Shown: positions 1-12,400 of the stretch, piece by piece | Position numbering within the stretch: position 1 is the stretch's first letter | Layout: the number at the start of each line of letters is the position of its first letter | DNA from: Microthyrium microscopicum | Lineage: Eukaryota | Assembly: GCA_010405405.1 (NCBI GenBank) | Contig: MU004240.1 | Span: forward strand, 1,270,882 to 1,334,881 | Direction of reading: 5' to 3' | DNA: 64,000 nucleotides | Translations under genes and position numbers: made by a program | The notes under the pieces: model-generated | Database searches by the model: none | What the model saw: only the letters and a program-made list of their open reading frames with translations | What the model was told of the DNA's origin: nothing

Positions 1-862
1 AGCGCCTTGATTCTTCAACATGTCGGAGGGGTAAGCTTCAGGAGGAGTATAGGAACGTTGTACATGGGACGACATAGTGTCGTTAGGGGTCATCGGGAGT
101 CCTATGACCTGTTGAAGCTTGTGTTAACGATGGTCTCGAGTACAGAGGAGCAGCAAGATTTTGATGGTGTGGGTGGGATGACAGTTTTGGGTTATTGGGA
201 GACTCAAGCAGCGGAAGTGATGAGTTGAACAGACGAGTCTAAGACTTCCCAGAAGCTTGACGTCGAACTACAAGAAGAAACTTGGTGGGAACAATATGTC
301 TGTGGGAGAGTGCGAAGTGGGTTGTGGGGAGTTGATGGTGATGGGAGGAAAGATCAACAGCCTTGCTGAGATTCCAAACAAATGTTGCCTTGGTTGACCA
401 AACAACAGAGAAGAGCTTGGAAGAGGCAATGGGTGTGGTTAAACCGTGTAGAAGTACGTGTAGGAGGTGTTTGAGTGGGGTAAGGTCATTAAAGCCATTC
501 GAGAGGATTTCGAGGTGGTTTGGATATCGCGATAAACTTACCACACTATTTGGACCGGGTTCCACAATGGATCTCTGACCCTTTGAGGCCAGGCTTTTGG
601 TATCGATGACAAGGCTCTTATGAACCTGGATAGTAACGGATTGTCGAGTAGGGGTGTTTGAGAAGAAGTTCAAGAGGATCTAGAGAGACTGATAGCGAGT
701 GCTCAGCAGACAAACGAACTGGTGGTAATGTGATGGGGGAAAGGTTCGAGAGTAGGCTGTAGGAGGGCGGCCTTTTATGAGGACAAAAAAATATGCCCCT
801 TCCGAAGCTGGACAGGCCGTGCGCTTACAGGATACAAGAAAGTCACCGCGCTCAATGGCCAT
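1..862 (-). CDS. 5' part of an unidentified intron-containing gene running off the window start
   Basis: Open frame VIGLPMTPNDTMSSHVQRSYTPPEAYPSDMLKNQGA reaches the edge (ATGs at 93 and 75) after a ttaac...caacag acceptor. Upstream donors gtaagt (541) and gtaagc (828) and an ATG at 862. Upstream exons may be UTR. Confidence 0.3.
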
Positions 863-1907
863 TGGATTGTGATCAGAGGCGCTGAAGGTGATCAAGATCA
901 AATAGGCCAGGGTGATGGCTGTTTGAAGGAGGAGCACGATGATGTGTGGGTCTAGGTGAACAGGTCTGGAAGAGCAGCTGGGGAGAAGCGGATTGGGTAT
1001 AACAACTATGCATCGTGAATTCCTAATAAGGGATGTGGCGAAAGAGCTGAAGATTTCTTATGCTCCCGCGTCTTTGAAGATTGGGAGCGATATTGGGAGA
1101 GATATTGAACGGGAGCAATGCTTCTCTCAAGTCTGACATCCTTCCAGATCTTACCAAACCTCTGATCAGGGTTTATTTTACGGATTGCTGAGCGTATGAG
1201 TCTAGACGAGTTATAAAACTGGTAATGCTATATTCTACGTCGAGAACGAACTACGATAATACTTTTATGTTCAATGGGAGTAGTAGAGATATGAAGGCCA
1301 ATGAAGAGACGTTAGTTTTAGCGCAGATATGCTTGGCCAAATGAGGAAGGAAGCTTGGGTGCTAACATATGGGCATAGGTGGTAGGTAGCACGGCACACG
1401 TGGGTATACAGGGAAGGAGCATTTTGACTGGCGCTACTTCACAATTAGATATAGAAACAGCAATGCTTGACAATGGGTATGACTCCTCATTGTGAGCTCT
1501 TTGTGGCCTCATTGAATACTCATTGTAAATCAAATCGGCCCATAAGTTATGGTACTTTTTGAGGTCGACTCCATATCTGCTGATACCAAGGTCCGAGTTA
1601 CATACCAGGTTCCGTCGAATACGATTATCCGCTAAATAAAAAGTTAATTTATTGCTTAGTTACATGTTTGCTGCAGATCGTAAGACGTTGTGATTGATAA
1701 GCAGAAGGTGATAGGTTTTCTGGGCCGTGACATTGGGCTTTGGACTCTCGATATGCATATATTGGATCATCCTGCCAGTATAACGCTGAGAATTCCCGCA
1801 AGCTCCATTCATACGTCGGATTGCCAGCTCCTCTAGACCGATAGTGCATCGTTCATGCTCATACTTGATCAGAAATGCTACCATATATGCCTGACAGTGA
1901 CGCAGAA

Positions 1908-3846
1908 TTACCAATCGTATGTGTCTTCCTCTACATAAGTGTCGACCTTTCGTTTTGCGTTAGCATATGAACATGAGAGGAGATTGAGAAAAAACAGGAA
2001 AACTCACCTCCACGTCGCCAGCAGAGTCCACATAAGTATCTTGTCTGGTTCTTGTTAGCTCGAGTTCTTCATCCGGCTCTGACACAACATGATACTTACT
2101 CAACATAAGTTTCAGAGATTTCTCCATGGCTTCCGGAATCCACGTAACTGTTGTCAACGTACGTACTATCACTAACGTACGTCGTATCGTTGACATAAGT
2201 GTCGTTCTCCACAAATGTTGCGTTGTTTGCTACATATGTATCGTTCTCGATGTACGTATTGTTCTCTACAATGACTGTATTGTTGCTGTAGCCGTCATTA
2301 TTGTAGTAATAGTTATTGTTATTGCTCACACTCAAACCACCCATCGCGCCGGTCAGGCTGTTCATGCCATTGTTATTCTGTGGGGCATGATGCTGATTGC
2401 TATATTTATCGTATTCGTGGGTGAGAACACCACCCAGGATTGCGCCGCCTGCTACACCTAGTGCTGCCGCTCCGACGATGCCTGCTTTGCTTGCTTTTAC
2501 AGCAGGTTGCGCGGGTGCCGGGGCGGCGTATTGGACCGGCGCCGGGGCGTATTGAACTGGTGCTGGAGCGTATTGAACTGGCGCTGGAGCATATTGTACT
2601 GGCGCCGGCGCATATTGACCTGGCTGTCTTTGTCCTTGGAGTGGGCCAGTTGCGGGTCCGGCCATTCGCTGGGGAGGCGCTTGCTGGAAGTATGAGCTGG
2701 CCGCTCCTTGAGACTGTTGCTGTCCCGGCTGGGCCTGTGGGGCATGAACTTGCTGAGGAGCGCGTTGTGTAGGCTGTGGGGGACCATGGCCTTGCTGCTG
2801 AGCGGAAGGAGTAGGACCGTAGCCTGGCTGCTGAGCGGAAGGAGGAGGGCCGTAAGCTTGCGGCTGGGGAGCGGGAGGGCCATAGCCGGGCTGTTGGTAA
2901 GGAGCAAGGCCACTCGATGGCGGATGTGCGCCTGGAGATGCGAGTGGAGTTGGTAGCCCAGGAGCTTGATATTGAGCTTGTGGCACATATCCAGTAGGTG
3001 GGTTTATGTCTCGCTTTTCCTGTCCAACAGGAGTAGGTCCTCCTGGTAGATGGCTTCCCGGAGTCGCAGCAGGGCTCATAGCTGGCGTTGGCTGTCCATT
3101 GTCCTGAGAGTATTGTGGAGGAGGCGATCCTAATTGACCTGGTGGACTCTGAGCGGGCTGTTGACCATAAGGTGGCGATTGGTATGGATTGGGCGCGTTA
3201 GAGAGGGGCGCGGGTGCTGCTGTCGGCGGAGCTTGACTATATGGTGGTTGGCTCGCAGTTTGACCGGATGGTGCATTCTGGCCACATAGAACTGGGCCAT
3301 TCGGTGGAGGATTCTGGCCATACGGTACCTGGTTTGGAGGCGGACTGGTCGTTTGAGCTGGCATAGGCGGTGGAGTCTGTCCATAAAGAATTTGACCTGG
3401 AGGACTGGTAGCTTGTGCTGGCATAAGTGCCGGTGCTTGTGCATATTGCGGCTGGCTCACAGGAAGACCGACTTGCACCTGCGGAGGCGGACTCGTAGTG
3501 TATCCATGAGTCTGGCCATAAGGAGCTTGTGTAACTGGAGGATAAGCATATGCCTGATTCGCTGCCGGTGGATTTGGTTGAGAGTATTGCGCCTGAGCAA
3601 CTGGTTGTGCTTGGGCGACTTGAGGAGGGTATGAAGATGGCACTGCTGCTATTGATACTGCTGGTCCTTGGGCTGGAGCAGTTGGAAGTGTCCATATTGA
3701 CTCGTTTGTATACTGATTGATATAGAAACTAGAACAAAGAGTTAGCCTGAAGCAATACTCGTGGATATGATGTCCTACGGCTGCTGGTATTGAGCCGACC
3801 AGTCTTGTCGCCATCCAGGTGGAAGTGTTACACCTGACGCAGACAT
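1908..3846 (-). CDS. WW-domain, Pro/Gln-rich protein (Wwm1-like) with glycine-zipper segment and C-terminal TYV(E/D) repeats; 4 exons
   Basis: Spliced N-terminus MSASGVTLPPGWRQDWSAQYQQP|FYINQYTNESIWTLP is a WW motif. Also GAAALGVAGGAILGG. Two 3' introns give ...EQDTYVDSAGDVE|VDTYVEEDTYDW*. Confidence 0.85.
2525..2617 (-). repeat. Coding 21-bp minisatellite (QYAPAPV x4+)
   Basis: Tandem units visible in DNA and translation. Confidence 0.9.
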
Positions 3847-4636
3847 ATTTGCTTCAATTATGGAGTCAAGTCTTCCTCTTGAAAGTCGATTGAAGGTAAC
3901 CAAACTCAATGTATCAATACTGCAGAACTCGATATTTGATCGCCAGTATTGAGCTCTCTTCCAACGAATGTAGTAGAGTAGAGTTGCAAATCAAGATGCA
4001 CAACCACAATTTATTGTACGAGCGGGGCGCGAGAGCTGTAAATAGACCAGCCATTCCAAAGAAACACTTTGTGGTGCTGAAATAATGTGGCTTTTGGAGG
4101 AAGAGACGGTGCACCAATAAGGGGGGCACTGCCTCCCTTTGAGCTACTTTGTGCATGACTTTCAGCTTTGTTTTTACGGTGGAAGGTCTTCCTTAAGGAC
4201 CTGTTTCAATAGGCCTGGACTTTTGGTATTATCACGAATGCTTTGGGACTACAGAAGGATGCATATTGCATATGCGGTTGTGGTGGTCTAGATTCAGCCT
4301 CACAAGTTGGTCTGTCCAAATCCAACCAGTTTTCAGAGGGAAGCGCTGAATTTCTAGGCATCAGGCTGCCAAGAATAGTCAAAACGAATTAAAATCCTGT
4401 CAAGCGCTCAGACCAGGTGTTTCGCGCCAGCTTTCGATATCCCGTCAACATTTATCGTGTGGCGCATGTGGTGTTGCAGTTCTGCAGAGTGCTCATGATA
4501 TCGCATGAGGCTGAGCAGCATTGAGTGACTGAGCTCTCTCAATCCTTGGGCTCGCACATCGGCAACCTACTTATAGTGATGGACATGAGTAAACCCATGG
4601 ATAAGAAATCCGAGTACAGGTATCAAGGGATATAGT

Positions 4637-6019
4637 TCAAGCCATTCGAAGAGCAAACCCTGCCCCAACTTCTTCACCCTCTTTACGAGAAAATATACCG
4701 CTCAGCTCTTCCATATTGATTTTTGGTGCTTGACCTCGTTGAGGAGCATTTGGACTAGCAACTCTTCTTCGCTTCTCACCGCCAGCTTTGGATGGAAATG
4801 TGGGAAACATCGCAGTTGTCTTTGGACGTGGAGCTTCCAAGAAGTATGGATCAGACAAGACCTCTTGAGCGGAAGGACGATCATCCGGATTGAGCGATAG
4901 TAGTGCGGCCAACAAGCTCGCTCCAGCAGATGTGAGAAGTGGAAATTGAGCTCGCAGTGATCCTTTTCCAGCACCGGGACTGTTTTTCATCAATTTGAGT
5001 GCACTCGCACCAGCAAGGCGACGAAAGCCGGGCCAACTATCCTCGTCAGGAGTTCCAACTAACAGGAAGATTCTGCGGAGTTGATCGACTTCGTTGCGCC
5101 CCTGCAGAAGAGGCTCTTTGCGGACCAATTCGCCGAATATGCAGCCTATACTCCACATATCGATGGCCGTGCCATACTTGCTCGTTCCAAATAATAGCTC
5201 GGGTGCTCGATACCAGAGAGTTACGACTAATTGCGTCAGGTTGGCAGGAGGAGGGTCGCTAAATTGACGCGCCATGCCAAAGTCGGCCAGCTTGATTTCT
5301 CCTCGGTTGTTCATGAGAATGTTGGATGTTTTGAGATCTCGATGTAGTATCCAGTTGTCGTGTAGAAACTCCACACCCGCTACTATTTGAAGAAGAAGTG
5401 TTTTGATTTCTGAGGGTAGAAATGGTTCAGCCATTTCTTCCTGTAGTGTTTTGAGATCGTGCTCCAGGAATTGCATGACCAAGTATACATCATCAGGCTT
5501 ATCTCCAACAACCACTTCTCTGAGATCAACAATGTGTCGATGTTTGGCAGAAGATAGTATTTGAATCTCCCTCAGCGCATCGACTGGAAATCCTTGACCG
5601 CTGCTCGTGTCCATCTTCATTTTCTTCAATGCAACTATCTCTCCAGTAGCCGTCTCTTTCGCTCGTGATACCCATCCGTATGAGCCTTCTTCTATATGAT
5701 TTAGACTCTCAAAGTTACTGACGTTTCGTGATGGACTCCAGCCCGTCGTTGGAAAGCGCAGTAGCGGTGCAGACCCAGAATCCGATTTGATATGTTTCAC
5801 GTCATTCTCATTGCTGTCGTCATTCGAGATTCTTCGACGTTTTGCTGGTCGTGATATTTCTTCTTGTGCTCTTGCTGTAGCTGCTTCGGCGGTCTTCTGA
5901 GCTTCTTCTTCCTGACGTTTCTGCTTTGCTAGCTTCGCGCGTTTCTTCTCCTCTTTCTCGCGACGGCGCGCTTCCTTGTCGGCCTCATCGTCTGCCCAAC
6001 GCGACTTTGAGCCTGTCAT
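4637..6019 (-). CDS. cdk11: CDK11/PITSLRE-like cyclin-dependent kinase, intronless
   Basis: IEEGSYG, ALKK, GFPVDALRE, HRDLKTSN, DFG, VVTLWYRAPE and the C-terminal MFPTFPSKA typical of CDK10/11. Start taken at MTGSKSRWAD. Confidence 0.9.
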   Translation of the reverse strand: MTGSKSRWADDEADKEARRREKEEKKRAKLAKQKRQEEEAQKTAEAATARAQEEISRPAKRRRISNDDSNENDVKHIKSDSGSAPLLRFPTTGWSPSRNVSNFESLNHIEEGSYGWVSRAKETATGEIVALKKMKMDTSSGQGFPVDALREIQILSSAKHRHIVDLREVVVGDKPDDVYLVMQFLEHDLKTLQEEMAEPFLPSEIKTLLLQIVAGVEFLHDNWILHRDLKTSNILMNNRGEIKLADFGMARQFSDPPPANLTQLVVTLWYRAPELLFGTSKYGTAIDMWSIGCIFGELVRKEPLLQGRNEVDQLRRIFLLVGTPDEDSWPGFRRLAGASALKLMKNSPGAGKGSLRAQFPLLTSAGASLLAALLSLNPDDRPSAQEVLSDPYFLEAPRPKTTAMFPTFPSKAGGEKRRRVASPNAPQRGQAPKINMEELSGIFSRKEGEEVGAGFALRMA

Positions 6020-6178
6020 ATTTGAACCTTGGGCGGCGGGGCTGGTGCGGGATGAACTTTGTTGAATGATAAAAAGTTGCGGAAGTGGTCGAAGTCCGAT
6101 TGGCCAATCAAAGTCCAAGCTTCGACTTCAACGACGTCAAAAAAGTTGGACATCTTGAGTCGCAACAACAACGCAAAG

Positions 6179-7761
6179 ATGAAAACAATATTGCGGGCGA
6201 ATAACATCTTACTGGGTCGTAAAGCTCAGCTTGGCATTTCTTCACGTTCAGTTCTAACCGCGCGACGCCGCCAATCAACCTCGCCAGCACTTTCAAGAAA
6301 ATGGTCAACGCCACTCGCCGAGTCGCTGGCGAAAGCCATTGCTGTACGATAGCTTTTATATCCTGCCAAAACGCTTTCGAACGCTGCTAATAAGATATAG
6401 ACTACCGGTCCAATATCAGTCGCGTCATACATGCGCCAGTGCCTCACATCACCCGACGGAGGCTACTATACACAAACCCATGCAGATGGTAGAGATCCAT
6501 TCGGAAAGTCTGGCGATTTCATTACTGCTCCAGAGATATCACAGGTCTTTGGCGAACTCGTTGGACTGTGGGTCATTGCAGAATGGATGGCTCAAGGCAG
6601 AAAGAGCAGCGGTGTACAACTCGTCGAATTGGGACCTGGAAGAGGTACACTGATGGACGATATGCTAAGAGTAAGCCAACCGTGTACTTCGAGAAACACA
6701 ATACTAAGTCCTCCTCCCAGACGGCACAAAACTTCCGACCATTCATCGACAGTCTCGAAACAATCTACTTAATCGAAGCCAGCCCAAGCCTTCGCGAAAA
6801 GCAGCACAAACTCCTCTGCGGCAAGGAACCGCTCCACGCCACAGAAACCGGCCACGAATCTCACACCAAATACCCCAGCCGGACCAAAATCGTCTGGTTC
6901 GAAGACATGTCCTTCCTACCCACCGCTCAAACCTCCAAATCGCCCTTCATAATAGCCCACGAATTCTTCGACGCACTACCAATCCACATTTTCCAATCCG
7001 TCCCCGTCCGCATCCCAACCAAACCCTCCCTCACCACCAGCACCACCAGCACCAATCCACCGCCCTTCTCAACCCGCAACGAATGGCGCGAACTCCTCGT
7101 CTCCATCCGCCCACCCTCCACAAACTCAACAGATCCAGACTTCGACCTAATCCTCTCTCCCTCGCCCACACCACACTCACTCTCCCTACCAACCCTCTCC
7201 TCCCGCTACATGGATCTACTACAAACTACCCACTCTACCATCGAAATCTGTCCCCTCGCGCTCAGCATAATGCACACCATCGCCAACCTCATCGCTCCCC
7301 CATCCCCTTCTCCATCAGCCAGTGGCGCAGCCCTCCTAATAGACTACGGCCCCGCCTCCACAATCCCCGCCAACACCCTCCGCGGCATCCGCACCCACGC
7401 CCTCGTCTCCCCGCTCTCCTTCCCCGGCCTCGTAGACGTCAGTGCCAGCGTCGACTTCACCGGGCTGGCAGATGCCGCGCTGGCAGCGAGTGAGGGCGTG
7501 GAAGTGCATGGGCCGGTTGGACAGGCGGGCTGGTTAGGAGCCATGGGTGGTGCGGAGCGCGTGAAAGCAATTGAAGCGATGCAGGCGAAGGTGTTGAAAG
7601 GCGGTGAGAAGGGGCAGGGGCTCGTGAGGGGTGCGTGGGAACGGTTGGTGGATGTTGGGCCAAGGGGCATGGGTGGGTTATATCAGGTTATGGCGATTGT
7701 GCCGGAGGGGAGGATGGGGATGGGTGGGGTTGTAGGATTTGGTGGAGATGTCGTTGGGTGA
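6179..7761 (+). CDS. NDUFAF7: Mitochondrial SAM-dependent arginine methyltransferase NDUFAF7/MidA; 3 exons
   Basis: Basic presequence-like N-terminus. Motifs YMRQCLT..GGYY, GDFITAPEISQVFGE, VELGPGRGTL, AHEFFDALP, LIDYG. Confidence 0.92.
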
Positions 7762-8566
7762 GAATTGGATGGGTAATGAGGAAGGATGGTGTAGGTTGAT
7801 GTATGTATATATATTTTGTTGTATATAAGAAAGGGTTGATGGTAATATGTAGCATATGGATGTTTTTATGTACAAGGTGTATAAAATATCACGGACTACT
7901 TTGTCTATACCTCGACACGGAAAGACTTCTACATCGAGGACAGTTGATTCACGGGTTCAATAACTCCAATTAGCAATTAAGATTTACACATGAAGAGAAT
8001 TGAAGTATCCCCAAACACCCATCCCCTGTAGAATCAGCTTCATATCTCCCTCTCGTCGACCCTTTCCTCATTCCATTGCCATTGTGTCCAAGCAAGTACA
8101 GGTGGATGCAGAACAGCAAAGCTCCAAACAGTAGACTTTTGTTGTCTAGCACACACATGACACCCAAACTCAACGACAAATGAAACAAAGCCAGCTGGGA
8201 CTTTGTACGATGGCAGGTTAAAAGCTCATACTTTTCTCAAGCATCATGCCTCCCCCAACACAAAGAAAAAATGAGCTAATACACCAAGCGCCCAAGGTTA
8301 GCCGTTTCCCGTCCGTTGTGCAACCCAAACCCGGACCTCTAAAATGATTTGAATGGTCTCGTGTGATCGTAAGGTGCAATGCAATCCCAAATTACGCCAA
8401 CGATAAATCTGTTTTCCCAAGAATCCGCCGCCGCACACACAAAGAACGCGTCTCTAGCTGATTTAACCAGAAGGCGCGCTTTGTATAGCATATGTATGTA
8501 CAAATATACCCAGAAGCGCGGTCATTACGTGTCCGTGTTACCGACGGCTAACGTGTATGAACCAGC

Positions 8567-9894
8567 TTACACGTATCCGCCGGCATCATGACTGTCGTAT
8601 GACCGGTAGCCTCCGCCTGGTCTCGATGTAGACATGCGGTTGTTGGCTGGACCAGGGTTTTGATAGACAGGGCTGGTAGATTGCTGGTAGACCGGGCTAG
8701 TGGGTTGCTGGTAAACGGGTGAACTTGATTGCACGGCGCCGCCAAAAGGCGTGGTGACGGCGGCACCAGGGGCGAAGGCGGTGTATTTATTCATGGCGGA
8801 CCAAGCGGGAATATTGGTTGCACTTTCGCCTGATGTACTTTGAGCGGTCTTGGGCCGCATTCCGGAAAAGTCGCCAGAGTAGTAGCGACCGTTTGCTGCG
8901 GTTACGGCTGCGGGTGGTTGGACTGGGAACATGGGCGGTAAAGAGGGTGGAAGATCTGATACTTGGTCATGCTCGTGCTCATAAATGCTTTCGGCTTGGT
9001 ATGTGCTTTCGGCATACGCGCTCTTGTCGTCAAAGAAGGCGGTCTCTTGGGTGACTACAGTAGCCCCACTCTTGTTGTATTCGTCCATTGGGTGGCTGTT
9101 GGGAAGGGTGTCCATTGGGGTCAAGAAATCGTCATCGTCGTCAATAGGCTGTCTAGGTCCACCACGTCCGGTGAAGCTTCGAGATAACGGTCCTGGTGAT
9201 GGAGGGCGAGCTAGTTCCTCCATTGATCCAATTCTTTCCATCTGTTTGCGGCGCTGATGTCGTCGCCAAAAGTAAATTCCAACAACGATGAAAGCAAAAC
9301 CTCCAACAACACCAGCAACAACACCAATTCCAGTTGCAACTTGGTTACTCTTCAACGAGTCAAATCCTCCTGTGGTTCCGCTTCCTTTGCTACCGGCAGA
9401 GGTTGTGGCTACTTGTGGAATGTATGATGAGGCTCCGGTTGGGGCATCAGTAACTGTTGGGGTTATCACAGTTGTCACAGCAGCACCAGTGTCTGTAGGT
9501 TGAACAACAGTTGTGGATTGTTTGACGGTTGTAGAAGGAGTCGCCTTGTTCTGTGTAGTCTGCTGGGCAGTTGTTGAGGGCGCTTGAGTAGTCTTGGCTT
9601 GTGTAGTGGTTTGTGCGGCTGGAGTGTTTGTGGTTTGTGCTTGTTGAGTAGTGGCTGGTTGAGGAGCGGCAGTTGTAGGATCTGGGGTTGTCGTCTGCTG
9701 AGCAGCACTCGATATGATTGAAGAGATTTCAGAAGTCAGTGGTAATGATACACCAGCAGTTGTAGCCGCGCTAACGAAAATACTGTTAGAGTAATTCACC
9801 ATATGCTCATTGAAGATGTGACTTACGATCCTCCCTTGGTGGTCTGCTGTCGGCGTTCGATTTGGGCGTCGGGAGCGGCCCAACGCTCCATCAT
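8567..9894 (-). CDS. Ser/Thr-rich single-pass membrane protein (Mid2/mucin-like); 2 exons
   Basis: Thr/Gln-rich ectodomain, TM IGVVAGVVGGFAFIVVGIYFW followed by RRHQRRK, and tail with SPVYQ x3. Intron gtaagt...ctaac...ttag. No clear signal peptide. Confidence 0.8.
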
Positions 9895-11295
9895 GTTAAA
9901 CAAATGCATTTTGGGCGAGTGAATTTTGAATGAGAGACAGTGCTAAAAGAGCGATATGACCGTCACAGACGGAAGATAGTCAAAAGAGTGTAGTTGGATG
10001 GAAAAGGGGGGGATCAGCGAGACATCAAGGGAATGTGGGAGTCTGTAGATGGAAGAACAGACAGAAGGCAGCAAAAGGTGGCTACAAAGGAGTGTAATGG
10101 GGGAGCAAGGGAGAAGTGAGGGTGAGAAGAGAGGAGTCTGGAGTAGTGGTGGCAGAGTCTTGGGAAGACCGAAGAACAGACAGATGGTGTGACGGGCGGA
10201 AACAGAGTCGCGCACAGCAAGCGCAGGCTGGCAGGTTGAGCCTGAGTCTTTGCACCTCCACCACCAAAAATGGAATGAATGGAACCTGTAGGTAGTCTGT
10301 GGCACTGGGCACTGGGCAAGATTCAGCGAAATGCGCCTGGTTAGACTGTAAGACGCGCTTGTAGAGGGTGATGTTGCGCCAATTCTTGCATCTCCCAAGA
10401 GCCTGTCCTTGAATCCTTGTTGATGACCAGCCTGATATAAAAACTAGTAGGCGCCTCTGCAAAGTTTACGAGAGCAGAATGGAAAGACGAAAACCAGGCC
10501 AGCAATTGCTCTTGGGTGCTCGGGTTGGCGACATGCAGGCTCAGCAGATGGTGTGGTGTGGTGTTTCTGTGCCTCTGAGTGGTGTCCCTTGCTCCTGCTC
10601 TCTTTGACTTTTGCCCCTGGTTCCTGACTTGTTGACTCTTTACGGCCTAGCGCCCAACCCAAAGCTCGTTCTGCCACCTTTGGCTTCAACCTTTTTCTGG
10701 AGCAAGAGCAACCACAAAAGATGCTGAGCGGGTTGATTGGCCAGACAAAATCGATCGCTGCTTCTTTATTCGTCAACGTGCCTTTCCTGGCTAGCGCTGG
10801 CGCCCAATGCACCTTCCCTTGCCAAGTCGCATCCTCATTTCTTTTTTCCTTCGTGCCTTCTCCTTTTTTTCCCACTTGCTCCTGCTTCTGCTTGTTCCTG
10901 ACTAACCGCTCTGAGGATCCCTGCAACCAATCATTGCTCAAGCACTTTCTTCATCTTCAGAGATCATCCTCGTCGTGAGCATCTCAACCTCCAAGACCTG
11001 GCCTCGTGAACAACTGTAATTACCCTTTTGGGTCATCGTGATCATTCAGCCACTTGAGCATTGGTCTCTTCTGGCTTCGCTAGCCTCAACACTGAAGACC
11101 GCGTTCTGGAAGCTCCGCCGCACCCCATATTTCATGGCGTCTGTGCTGCTTGAACTTTGGTGCTTCACGTCTCTTTTCGCGCGGTTGCTCGTGTTGCTGA
11201 GTCAATAATAGATCGCTGTCTGCCTGAATAAAATTTGCTGCTTTTTGCCAAAATCAATCAAGACCGCGTCCTGACCAATTTGCATCTGTCAGCAT

Positions 11296-12400
11296 TCAGC
11301 CTTGTGGTCGCCGAGAACTCTCAACCCGACGTGCTGCTGATTTATCCATTCCACGATCGTCTTTTTCTTGTGCTGCCAATTCCAGAATCTCATCCGTCAC
11401 TAGTGTTCCCATTGTCATTTCAGACTCTGGTATCATGGATGAACCAGATGCAAAGGTACCCGTCCGCGATCTCATGGTAATTGGCGACACCAGAATGCTG
11501 TCGAGCTCACTGCGTCGATTTGTGCTCGGCGACTCGAGTTCAACAACTTCAATCTGTGTGACTTCAGTGCTTTTGCGCCCCGTCCCTGACGAAGAAGCCC
11601 ACGAGTTCAACGGTGTTGAATCCAGCTCCTTGGCATTATCGCGTGGTTTAGCTGGCAGCAGTTTACGAGCTGCTCGTCGTCTGCGCCAGATCCACGCTGC
11701 CCAGCCCAAGAGAAAGAAGACTGCTGCAATGCTGAAACCTACTGCGACGCCTATTATCGTTTCTTTTCGAAGTCCTGTAGCGACTGATTCTTCGTCTGGT
11801 GGTGCATCTAGGTGGGTTGGGCGTACGATCGCGCGTAAGACTTTTGGGGGGCCGAGGACGAATGTCAAGGTCGAGTTTGTACAGCAGTTGAAATCGCGTT
11901 CGCAGCAATATGTGCCTGTCGTTGAGTCGCACACTTGAAGGGGTTGTGAAGAATCCAGGTTATCTTCCGCTGCGATACAGTGTCAGACACAAGAACATGC
12001 ATTTGTCAAGAGCTCGGGATTGGGATCAAAACTTACCTCCTCTGCAGATATCGTTGCAGGCTGGATTCCCCCAGGTCTGATCTGTACAACTACCGCGAAA
12101 GAATTGCGATTTAAAGTTCTTTTCGTTGCTTGGTCCAGTCTTGCAAAGCCCATTGCTCATGCAACTCCAGCCAAATCCACAGCATCGACTAGTTTCGTGG
12201 TCGTCATAACATGGTGCTCCAAACGAAACGACTCCGCTGGGGAAAAAGCATGGTTTGGGATGTTTGCTTTCTTCCTTGGCTGTGCTGTGTTTTTTCTCAT
12301 CGCTTGCGTATGCATGGTTCGTGAACGACGACACCAGTACGATCCAAGAAACAAAACCGATCGTCCATCTGCAAGGCGGACGTTTTCGTGCGGATGCCAT
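11296..12400 (-). CDS. Cys-rich ectodomain single-pass membrane protein (Mid2-like fungal family); 2 exons
   Basis: Hydrophobic N-terminal segment, then CFFPSG..PC..CC...C.SNGLC..FRGSCTDQTW...C..IC. TM IIGVAVGFSIAAVFFLLGWAAWIW followed by RRRR, and ELDS/ELES tail motifs. Confidence 0.8.

Noticed and set aside
6020..6118. N-terminal extension of the 493-aa kinase ORF
   Set aside because: Begins at a non-ATG codon in the shared promoter. ATG 6019 is preferred.
9943..10978. Several 100-165 aa ORFs
   Set aside because: Low-complexity promoter/5' UTR of the Mid2-like gene, non-ATG starts, no family motifs.
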